Shown here: positions 18,618 through 26,502 of the stretch, one piece after another
Position numbering within the stretch: position 1 is the first letter of the stretch
Layout of the letters: every line of letters begins with the position of its first letter
NCBI RefSeq assembly: GCF_004376175.1
Contig: NZ_SNUY01000015.1
Span: 401 to 32,400, forward strand
Source of the DNA: Halalkalibacterium halodurans
GTDB taxonomy: Bacteria > Bacillota > Bacilli > Bacillales > Bacillaceae_D
Direction of reading: 5' to 3'
DNA length: 32,000 nt
Program-made: the position numbers and the translations under genes
The notes under the pieces: generated by a model
The model's input: the letters and a program-made list of their open reading frames with translations, nothing else
What the model was told of the DNA's origin: nothing
Database searches by the model: none

Positions 18618-18715
18618 TGTTGAGCTCGATTAAGTTACCGTTAGTATATGATGATTTTAGGCGAGAAACCATTCATTTGTAAGGTAACTTATCAGCATTC
18701 TTCAACCCGTTTCCG

Positions 18716-20044
18716 TTAAATCACTATGATTCCCATGAAGATCGCGATGATGAACAAAACCAAACTGTATCCCCATACCCAGAAAAGCGAGTAGCGGATA
18801 TGTTTCCCCATCTCTAACCCTGCCAAACCAAGAGCTAGCCATAATGCTGGCGCAAATGGGCTGACAAACGTACCGATGATGTTACCGATGATTAGAGCAT
18901 AAGCTGCAGTCACACTATCGACACCGTAACCGGTCACGATTTGCTCTACAACTGGTAGCAATGCAAAGTAGTAGGCGTCCGTATTAAGCACTAGCTCAAA
19001 TGGAACACCGAACACACCGATAATTAAGTGTAAATATGGAACCGCAAATGCCGGTAACACTTTTACGATATCTTCAGCGAGCGCATCGAGCATCCCAGTG
19101 CCACCTAAGATCCCTAAAAATGCTCCCGCTGCCAAAATGATGGACGCCATTAATAATGCATTAGGGGCGTGAGCTTTGATTCGCTCCATTTGATCTTTTA
19201 CCTTCGGATAGTTAAGCGGTAAAGCGACGCCTAGCGCGATCATAAAGACAAATCCTGCAGGAATTTCCCCCCAGACGAGCAGACCGATCAACGCGAGCGT
19301 AATCAATAAGTTGACCCAAAGCAATTTTGGACGAGCTAATGAACGATCCTTCTTCTTTGTTTGATCATCAGCTTTAATCTCTGCCTCTTGCGCCGCTGCT
19401 GTCTCTGCGATGGCAGCCGGACCAAGCTTGGCAATACGCCGTTTTTCTCGAATTCCTAATAAGACGGCAAGCCCGATTAAGACAAAGAGTCCGATAATTT
19501 GCAGTGGAATGAGCGGACGCCATAGCTCTGTCGCATCCATTCCTAGTACTGCTGCCGTTCGACCGAGTGGTCCAGCCCACGGAAGCATGTTTAGCACACT
19601 GGCACTCGTTCCGACCAACAATAGGAGCAAGTACGGATTCATATTCAATCGCTTGTATAACGGAAGCAATGCAGGGATCGTAATTAAAAACGTCGACGCC
19701 CCTGATCCGTCCAAGTGAGCGACCGCTGCGATAAGGACCGTCGCTACTGCAACCGCTATCACATTTCCTTTTGAAATAGCAATCATTCGATCAATGATCG
19801 GATCAAACAATCCGGCGTCTTGCATAATACCGAAGTAAAGAATCGCAAAAATGAACATAATGACAACATTAATGACCCTGTCGATTCCTTCATCGAAGAA
19901 CCCGCCGATCTCAATAATGTCGAAGCCAGCTACCAAAGCAGCCACGAGTGGAATGATAACTAATGCAATGATCGGTGTCATTTTGCCACGTAAAAGCATG
20001 ATGACAATGAGCAGGATCGTCGCCAAACCGATAAGACTAAGCAT
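18716..20044 (-). CDS. CitMHS-family (citrate-divalent metal:H+) transporter
   Basis: MLSLIGLATILLIVIMLLRGKMTPIIALVIIPLVAALVAGF... is a CitM/CitH-like polytopic protein. The SD GGGGGGAGA precedes ATG 20044. The track's start at 20083 has no SD. Confidence 0.8.
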   Translation of the reverse strand: MLSLIGLATILLIVIMLLRGKMTPIIALVIIPLVAALVAGFDIIEIGGFFDEGIDRVINVVIMFIFAILYFGIMQDAGLFDPIIDRMIAISKGNVIAVAVATVLIAAVAHLDGSGASTFLITIPALLPLYKRLNMNPYLLLLLVGTSASVLNMLPWAGPLGRTAAVLGMDATELWRPLIPLQIIGLFVLIGLAVLLGIREKRRIAKLGPAAIAETAAAQEAEIKADDQTKKKDRSLARPKLLWVNLLITLALIGLLVWGEIPAGFVFMIALGVALPLNYPKVKDQMERIKAHAPNALLMASIILAAGAFLGILGGTGMLDALAEDIVKVLPAFAVPYLHLIIGVFGVPFELVLNTDAYYFALLPVVEQIVTGYGVDSVTAAYALIIGNIIGTFVSPFAPALWLALGLAGLEMGKHIRYSLFWVWGYSLVLFIIAIFMGIIVI

Positions 20045-20085
20045 GCTTTCTCCCCCCTGAACGATCTTCACACGCCCTATCAAAT

Positions 20086-20099
20086 GTTAAGCGCTTTCA
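20086..20099. promoter_or_regulatory. Weak cre-like box in the CitMHS leader
   Basis: GTTAAGCGCTTTCA matches 9/11 defined cre positions, about 45 nt upstream of the start codon. Confidence 0.3.
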
Positions 20100-20211
20100 A
20101 AATAAGGCGTGAATTGAAGCAATTTTTTTAATATATAGAAACATACCATACAAAAAATACGGAGAAAAAGCTTACTCACATAAAACGAATTTTGTTTATT
20201 TTGTTCACGGA

Positions 20212-20243
20212 AGAACAAAAGACATCGCCATATAGACGATGCC
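20212..20243 (-). terminator. Terminator after the P-type ATPase gene
   Basis: Minus-strand RNA reads GGCAUCG-UCUAUAUGG-CGAUGUC (7 bp including one G.U), followed by UUUUGUUCUU. Confidence 0.6.
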
Positions 20244-20259
20244 TAGTTGTTTCATAGTT

Positions 20260-22173
20260 TTATCGTAACAGCCTGAGCCCATTTAGAATGACTAATATTG
20301 TACTTCCTTCATGCCCGATGACTCCCATCGGCAAGTGCAGAAACTGCATAAAGTTCGAGGCAATTAACGCAAGGATGACCACAATGGAGAACACGATGTT
20401 TTGCTTCACGATTCGATTCATTTTTTTCGAAAGTTGGACGGCTTCAGCGATTCGCGGCAAGTGGTTTTTCATGAGCACTACATCCGCCGTCTCTAGCGCC
20501 ACATCGGTTCCTTCCCCCATGGCGATACCGACGGAAGCCGTTGCCAAAGCAGGCGCATCATTAATCCCGTCCCCTACCATCGCGACAGTGCCGTATGCCT
20601 GTTTTAGTTTCTTCATTTCATCTACCTTCGTTTCTGGAAGACATTCTGCAACATACGTATCAATGCCACTTTCCTTCGCAATGGCCGCCGCCGTTTTTTC
20701 GCTGTCTCCCGTTAGCATGATCGTGCGAATCCCTGCTTTTTGCAATTGTTGAATCGCCGCGAGCGTGTCTTTGCGAACCTGGTCCTTAAGAGCGATCACT
20801 CCGGCTATTCCTTGCTCGTCTCTTGCAAAAACGATTGTTTTTCCTTCCTCAGCTAACCGGGTAGCGACTCCGCCTTTAAACTGCTCTGCTTCCACCTTGC
20901 CAACGAAATCAGCCTTCCCGATCTTCCAGGATACACCATTCAGATACGCGCTGACTCCGAACCCAGCCACATCCTCCATGTTTACAGGTTTTAGCTGATC
21001 GTTCATACAGGTGGATGCATGGCGAACAATGGCAGAAGCGAGTGGATGGTTTGAATATTTTTCAATCGACACCACATAGGTGAGTAGCTCCTCCTTCGTC
21101 ATTCCATCACGAACAATAACATCGGTCACCTCTGGTGTGCCTTTCGTCAATGTTCCTGTTTTATCGAACGCAATTGCTCTCAACTGGCCAAGATTCTCAA
21201 GGTGCACACCACCCTTTAGTAATATCCCTTTTCGGGCACCATTCGATATCGCCGATAAAGTCGCTGGCATGATCGATGCTACGAGCGCACAAGGGGACGC
21301 CACGACAAGCAAAATCATCGCTCGGTAAAACGTCTCCGTCCAGCTCCAGCCAAAGGCAAAATGGGGCACAAACATCATGAGCCCGACCGCCACAAGAACT
21401 GTTTTTACATACGGCCCCTCAAATCGTTCAATAAATTGCTGGGACGGCGATTTCTCACTTTGAGCCGTTTGCACTAATTGAATGATTTTTTGAAATAAGG
21501 TCTCGCTATTCGGCTTCGTAATTTCCACCATAATCGTTCCGCGCACATTCACCGTTCCGGCAAATACTTCGTCGTGTAATGACTTGCTAACGGGGATGGA
21601 TTCCCCTGTAATCGCCGCTTCGTCAAGACTTGTCTGACCTTCGATGATCTTTCCGTCGGAAGGCACCCGTTCCCCTGGTTTGATGACAATGACATCCCCG
21701 ACTAGTAACTGACTAACAGGAATTCTTTCCTCACTCCCATTTCTCACCCGTAGCGCTTCCTCCGGCTGTAATTCCATCAAGGCCGAAATTTCTTTATTGC
21801 TTTTGTTCATTGTGTACGTTTCAAGCGCACCGCTTAATGAGAAAATAAAGATTAATATCGCTCCTTCGATCCAGTACCCAATTGCCGCGGAACCAATCGC
21901 CGCAAAGATCATGAGCATTTCAACATTCAATTCTCTATTTGCAATTGTTTCTTCAATGCCTTCCTTTGCCTTCGCATACCCACCGATCACATACGCAGCT
22001 AAATAGACGGCAACAGCTACAGGAATGATTTGCTGATTTTCCAACACCCATCCAATGGAAATGAGCAAGCCGCTAAACAGAGCGGCTAACAGCTCAGCAT
22101 GAGGCTTTAATTTTTCAAACCAACTCGTATCCATTCGATTTGTTTGTTTCAAAGATTTTGTTTCTACAAACAT
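20260..22173 (-). CDS. pfeT: P1B-4-type heavy-metal P-type ATPase (Fe(II)/Co(II) efflux, PfeT/ZosA-like)
   Basis: DKTGTLT, TGDS and GDGINDAP are present. The TM4 motif is SPC (VVASPCALV) rather than CPC, and HEGSTILVILNGLRLL lies in the last TM. There is no N-terminal metal-binding domain. A strong SD (GGAGGAGGAG) is present. Confidence 0.8.
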   Translation of the reverse strand: MFVETKSLKQTNRMDTSWFEKLKPHAELLAALFSGLLISIGWVLENQQIIPVAVAVYLAAYVIGGYAKAKEGIEETIANRELNVEMLMIFAAIGSAAIGYWIEGAILIFIFSLSGALETYTMNKSNKEISALMELQPEEALRVRNGSEERIPVSQLLVGDVIVIKPGERVPSDGKIIEGQTSLDEAAITGESIPVSKSLHDEVFAGTVNVRGTIMVEITKPNSETLFQKIIQLVQTAQSEKSPSQQFIERFEGPYVKTVLVAVGLMMFVPHFAFGWSWTETFYRAMILLVVASPCALVASIMPATLSAISNGARKGILLKGGVHLENLGQLRAIAFDKTGTLTKGTPEVTDVIVRDGMTKEELLTYVVSIEKYSNHPLASAIVRHASTCMNDQLKPVNMEDVAGFGVSAYLNGVSWKIGKADFVGKVEAEQFKGGVATRLAEEGKTIVFARDEQGIAGVIALKDQVRKDTLAAIQQLQKAGIRTIMLTGDSEKTAAAIAKESGIDTYVAECLPETKVDEMKKLKQAYGTVAMVGDGINDAPALATASVGIAMGEGTDVALETADVVLMKNHLPRIAEAVQLSKKMNRIVKQNIVFSIVVILALIASNFMQFLHLPMGVIGHEGSTILVILNGLRLLR

Positions 22174-22364
22174 GGAAATCTCCTCCTCCGATTATCATTA
22201 AACTGAGATTCATTCTCGTTTAATCATTGGTTAAATGAGAATAAAAATCATCATTAATACTCACTCTAAATGACCAAAAACCCTTTAAAAATAACACTAA
22301 ATCATGATGAACATACATATCATAACATGAACAAACAAAAATTTAAACAATAATAATTTTAATT

Positions 22365-22392
22365 TGATAAAAATTATTGATAACGAATTTCA
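22365..22392. promoter_or_regulatory. Two overlapping Fur-family (Fur/PerR-like) boxes upstream of the ATPase
   Basis: TGATAAAAATTATTG (22365-22379) and TGATAACGAATTTCA (22378-22392) each resemble TGATAATNATTATCA, at roughly 11-12 of 14-15 positions. A third 7-1-7-like repeat, TGAGATTCATTCTCG, lies at 22204-22218. Confidence 0.35.
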
Positions 22393-22729
22393 TTTTCAAA
22401 GATTCTTGAGTTCTGCTTTGTGTTTTGAATAATTTACTATAAGCAAAAGCGCCGAAAGTGCCACACACCCTCATGGAACAGAAAAGGAACTCCTTGAAAA
22501 ATCAGAGGTTCATTTTTTTAAAAAAGGTAAAAGCCCATAGACTCAAATGTCAAAACAGCTCACCATTAGGTCGAAAGTCACATCATTTAAAACGAAAAAA
22601 GACCACAGAGACACATCTCTCCATGACCTTAGCCTGCACATGTATTACTGCTGCATTTGTTGACCTTGATTAGCTTGCGAAAGTGCTGTATTCGCCGCTG
22701 CCAGATCCACCCTTACTTGCTCTTCCATA

Positions 22730-23422
22730 TTATATGGATGGTAGTACCCGTTTTTCATCATGTATTCGGTCATTTGACCGTGAAAACGGAACGTCAATAC
22801 ATCCGCCAAGCAATCGTCCATTGATGGAGAGTGTTTGCTTTGGAACGCCTTGCCATTTCGTCTTTTCCGTTAAGTGGAACACACACGGAGTTGGTCGCTC
22901 AAAATCCCATTCCTTTTGATACTTTTTCGACGAATGTTGCACAATTGAATCACCTATTTTTGTCGAAAGCACAGGCTGCCACATGGCTGTCGTATCGTCA
23001 GAATACTCACCCCGTAAGTCGACGAGATTGGTCCCGTGAGCCGTGGCTATTCCCGTATTTAACGTTATCGCAAGCAGCAAGAGGCTCGTATCAGAATAGC
23101 CTAATATCCATTTCGGCTCCCATTGTTCAAAATCTAAAAATGGTAAAACTTCAATCAGTAACTGGCCACCCCAAGGCGGAATCATAAGATCAATTGCATC
23201 ATCTTCCATCATTGCTTGAAGCTCGGTCGCCCTTTTTTTCGCCTCAGATGACTTTGCCTTTTCCTGCGTCCACACCGTTTCCCCACAAACGACACGAAAC
23301 CCACGTTCCTCCATGCGCTCACAAGCGGCTTTTACCAAGTCGTGAAGATCTTTAGGTACGCCTGATGAAGGAGCGGTTACGCCAATAGTCGCTCCCTCTT
23401 TTAACACCGGATAGCGAATCAT
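22730..23422 (-). pseudogene. S66 peptidase (LD-carboxypeptidase/MccF-like), apparently truncated at the 3' end
   Basis: MIRYPVLKEGATIGVTAPSSG, the nucleophile motif ILGYSDTS and GRLLGGCIDV are present. The frame then ends after 22 unrelated residues. The roughly 90-100 C-terminal residues that carry the Glu and His of the triad are missing. The SD GGGAGGA precedes ATG 23422. Confidence 0.6.
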
Positions 23423-23556
23423 GTCATATCCTCCCATCATTTTCATTCATTTCTATAACCCTATTAGTTCATTCTACTTTATCCCTCCATTAAATCGCCA
23501 TATCTACTATTTAGCCGAGCTTCTTTTTCCAATATAGACGTAACGTTTACACCAAG

Positions 23557-24495
23557 TCAGCTTACTTTACAAGGTGCCTTTTCTTTCTCCGCGGAGGCTA
23601 TCTCCTTCTCTTTCAGCCATGCCATGATAAAAATCATTCCAAGAATACAAGCTGTTCCTAGCCATTGAAACGCACCGAACGGCTCATGGAGCCAGACAAT
23701 CATCGTCACGACGGCTGCTAATGGCTCAACACTTCCGAGAAGACTCGTTTCTTTCGGGGAAAGAGTTTGCAAGCTTTCGATATAAAACCAAAACGCTAGC
23801 ATCGTCCCGAATACTACGACAAACCCTAAATAAACATACGTTTCTAGCTCAAATTGGGCGAGGTCTACGCGCCACGGCGGGTGGATGATACTTAAAGCGA
23901 CACCACCGATCACCATGGCCCAACCGACAATCACTAAGGAATCGTATTGCTTTAATAAAGGAACAGCGTATAGTGTATAAAAAGCGAGCGCCACGCCGGA
24001 AAGGATCCCCCAAACAATGGCGGGTGTGGGCACCGAAAGCTGAGAAAGTGATCCGTTCGTTAATAAGAAAAAACATCCGAGCAAGGCGAGGGACACAGTC
24101 ACAAAATCTCGACCTGTAAATGGGCTTTGCCTGCGAACGAACAAATACAAGATGATCATTGCTGGCGCTAAATATTGCAGCAATGTGGCCACTGCTGAAT
24201 TGCCATGCTTGATCGAAGCCATGTACGTATATTGAACCGCGAGCATACCTACAATTCCGAAAATAAGTAGCTTCCCTGCTGTCTGTCTCGTCTGCCAAAC
24301 CCGGAAAACTTGCGTCTGATCCTTTAACACACATTGTATAGTTAAAAGCAAGGCTCCTGCCGCAAGCAACCTAGTCGACACAAGCCAATTCACATCGACA
24401 TCGTATTGTTGGAAAAGCTTTTGGGCAACGGTGCCACCTACACCCCAACAAATGGCCCCAGTTAAGACGAGAATAACTCCTATCCACCGCTTCAT
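23557..24495 (-). CDS. EamA/DMT-family transporter
   Basis: [28 protein letters not shown] begins about 10 TM helices with a duplicated EamA architecture. The SD AAAGGTGGAGAG precedes ATG 24495. The longer track ORF runs through the divergent promoter region. Confidence 0.85.
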   Translation of the reverse strand: MKRWIGVILVLTGAICWGVGGTVAQKLFQQYDVDVNWLVSTRLLAAGALLLTIQCVLKDQTQVFRVWQTRQTAGKLLIFGIVGMLAVQYTYMASIKHGNSAVATLLQYLAPAMIILYLFVRRQSPFTGRDFVTVSLALLGCFFLLTNGSLSQLSVPTPAIVWGILSGVALAFYTLYAVPLLKQYDSLVIVGWAMVIGGVALSIIHPPWRVDLAQFELETYVYLGFVVVFGTMLAFWFYIESLQTLSPKETSLLGSVEPLAAVVTMIVWLHEPFGAFQWLGTACILGMIFIMAWLKEKEIASAEKEKAPCKVS

Positions 24496-24607
24496 GCTTC
24501 TCTCCACCTTTAAATACCATAATGGTGTTATAATAAGGGAAAAATCAGCTAAAAAATACTCAAATCGGACGAAAAAATATAAGAATATTGAGGTGAATCG
24601 AGTGGAG

Positions 24608-25498
24608 ATGAACGAAGTGATCATTGATGAAAATTTGAAAGAATCGATTGATCTCTGGACATTCATGCTACCCATTATCTCTCATCGAACAACCATTCGA
24701 AAGAACATCCATGGCTACATGCCCCTTCATTGGCACGATGAGCTACAATTTGTCGTCATCATTCAAGGGGAAGCCCGCTTTCAAGTCAATGAGGAAGCCA
24801 TCATCGTTCAAGAGGGGGACGGGTTGTTCATCAATAGCGGGTGCCTTCATATGGCGGAGGATGGGAACGGATCAAACTGTGTCTATATTTGCTTAAATGT
24901 ACCGGCACAATCGATCATATCCCGTGAACTGTATACTGCTTACGTGGCTCCGTACGTTCAAGCGACAAACCTCCCTTACGTGCTTATTCCTTCAAGTGAG
25001 ATGTGGGGACAAAACATAATAGAAGCGACGTTAAATATCCATCAATGTCTCGAGGAGCAGCCCCCGTACTATGAGATGGACATTACGACAAAGCTAACGG
25101 TCATATGGAAAAACTTAATTACAAACGGATTTCCATTGGAATACGATCAGTCCGCCATGATTAAAAACCAACGAATGAAAGCGATGCTTCAATGGATTCA
25201 TCTCCATTACGGGGAGAACATTCGCTTGGATGATATAGCGAAAGCCGGACAGCTAAGCCGCTCTGAATGTTGTCGTTATTTCAAACGAACATTAAAAATG
25301 ACGCCACTTCAATATGTGACAGATTATCGAATCCAAAAAAGCGTAACTCTCCTCCAGCAGCCAGAATCGAACGTCACAGACGTTGCCTATCAAGTGGGCT
25401 TTAACAGCACAAGCTATTTCATCGATCAATTTCGCAAAGCGATGAATATGACACCACTGCGCTACAAAAAGTCAAAGCTCGAACGTTTAATTGATTAG
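24608..25498 (+). CDS. AraC-family transcriptional regulator with an N-terminal cupin domain
   Basis: Cupin: [22 protein letters not shown]-terminal HTH pair: [28 protein letters not shown]...[28 protein letters not shown]. The SD GAGGTGA lies at 24590-24596, so the start is GTG 24602 or ATG 24608. Confidence 0.85.
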   Translation: MNEVIIDENLKESIDLWTFMLPIISHRTTIRKNIHGYMPLHWHDELQFVVIIQGEARFQVNEEAIIVQEGDGLFINSGCLHMAEDGNGSNCVYICLNVPAQSIISRELYTAYVAPYVQATNLPYVLIPSSEMWGQNIIEATLNIHQCLEEQPPYYEMDITTKLTVIWKNLITNGFPLEYDQSAMIKNQRMKAMLQWIHLHYGENIRLDDIAKAGQLSRSECCRYFKRTLKMTPLQYVTDYRIQKSVTLLQQPESNVTDVAYQVGFNSTSYFIDQFRKAMNMTPLRYKKSKLERLID

Positions 25499-25508
25499 GA
25501 GTGAAGCT

Positions 25509-25952
25509 ATGTATTTTCCTTCTAAAAAAGATATTGGGCTTGGGGGCATCTATTGGCTCGTTATTTTCCTATTCACTCTTCCTCCCGTCGTCTTTTCTGA
25601 CTTCGGTGTGTTCATGTTACCAAGCTTTTTCGATACCTATCCAGTGAGATTAACCTTTTTCTATACAATAGCAGGATTGTTGTTGTGGATTTGGTTTCGA
25701 ACAGGCTATACCGTAACAGAGGATTGGCTCGTCATCGAATACGGCCCTATCCAAAAGAAGGTTGAGATCGAAACGATTGAAAGTATTCGTGAAACAAAAA
25801 ATCCGTTTATCGATCCAGCTCTATCGATAAACAAACTTCAGTTATATTATGGTAACGGTAGACACATTGCTATTTCCCCTAAAGAAAAAGAACATTTTAA
25901 GAAACAGTTAGTAAAACGAAATCCGAAAATAAAAATCATCAATCAAAGGTAA
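25509..25952 (+). CDS. Membrane-anchored bacterial PH (bPH)-like domain protein
   Basis: Two TM helices are followed by YTVTEDWLVIEYGPIQKKVEIETIESIRETKNP...LQLYYGNGRHIAISPKEKEHF, which fits the bPH pattern. The SD AGGAGTGA precedes ATG 25509. Confidence 0.55.
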   Translation: MYFPSKKDIGLGGIYWLVIFLFTLPPVVFSDFGVFMLPSFFDTYPVRLTFFYTIAGLLLWIWFRTGYTVTEDWLVIEYGPIQKKVEIETIESIRETKNPFIDPALSINKLQLYYGNGRHIAISPKEKEHFKKQLVKRNPKIKIINQR

Positions 25953-25981
25953 GAGCCAGATCATCACCGGACCTGGCTCTT
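25951..25981. terminator. Hairpin between convergent genes; weak U-tracts
   Basis: AAGAGCCAG-N13-CTGGCTCTT forms a 9-bp stem. Neither side has a strong T-run. Confidence 0.45.
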
Positions 25982-25998
25982 CCTGAGTACTCAAGTGG

Positions 25999-26247
25999 TT
26001 ATGAATGTAGTAAACGCTTTTTGGCAACCAATCTTGTCGTGAAATAAGCAGCCCCTAGCGCTAGTAAAGCAAGGACGACTGGAGGAATCAGACTTGCTTC
26101 TCCAAATACAACCTCTGATTGTAATGATGTGCCCCCTTCAAGCAGAAAGCTCGGTGTATAGAGCATTGTCATGATGAGACCGGCAGCTAGTTGCAAAGCA
26201 ACAAATGCAACAACAAAAACGCCAACAAACCATAGGTATTTTTTCAA
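25999..26247 (-). CDS. Small two-TM membrane protein (82 aa), unknown function
   Basis: The gene starts with TTG at 26247, with AGAAGGGA 6-7 nt upstream. The N-terminus reads KKYLWFVGVFVVAFVALQLAAGLIMTMLYTP, and a second TM follows (LIPPVVLALLALGAAYF). Confidence 0.55.
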   Translation of the reverse strand: MKKYLWFVGVFVVAFVALQLAAGLIMTMLYTPSFLLEGGTSLQSEVVFGEASLIPPVVLALLALGAAYFTTRLVAKKRLLHS

Positions 26248-26468
26248 AACAAATCCCTTCTTTCGTTATAGAGTTGATCATATACCCTATCTACGATCTC
26301 CGCCTTCTTTCGTTTCAAACTTCGTTTATATTTACCATCATTCGTATGCTTGTGAATCATTGCACCCACAACTCTTAAAAAACAACAAAATAAGTAACCC
26401 ACCCTAGCTTAGCTGTCAAGTAGTAGTGGATTACTTTCTCCAAGAGTTATTACTTCAATAAATCAACA

Positions 26469-26484
26469 GGAGGCAACTGCCTCC
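26469..26484 (-). terminator. Probable terminator of the MMPL operon
   Basis: Minus-strand RNA reads GGAGGC-AGUU-GCCUCC followed by UGUUGAUUUAUUG, about 20 nt after the stop at 26503. Confidence 0.5.
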
Positions 26485-26502
26485 CTTTCTCATGCCCTTA
26501 CT

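Noticed and set aside
18632-18690. 8-bp inverted repeat AAGTTACC / GGTAACTT flanking the putative riboswitch promoter
   Set aside because: It is short and separated by 43 nt. It does not match the PurR box or any other operator I know, and could be chance.
22458-22673. 71-aa plus-strand ORF in the long spacer
   Set aside because: It is a highly basic, low-complexity translation with no SD and no motif. It is more likely non-coding.
23557-25498. Overlap of the long ORF-track versions of the EamA (to 24675) and AraC (from 24431) genes
   Set aside because: This is an artefact of taking the most upstream start codon. SD-supported starts at 24495 and 24602/24608 give a normal divergent intergenic region.
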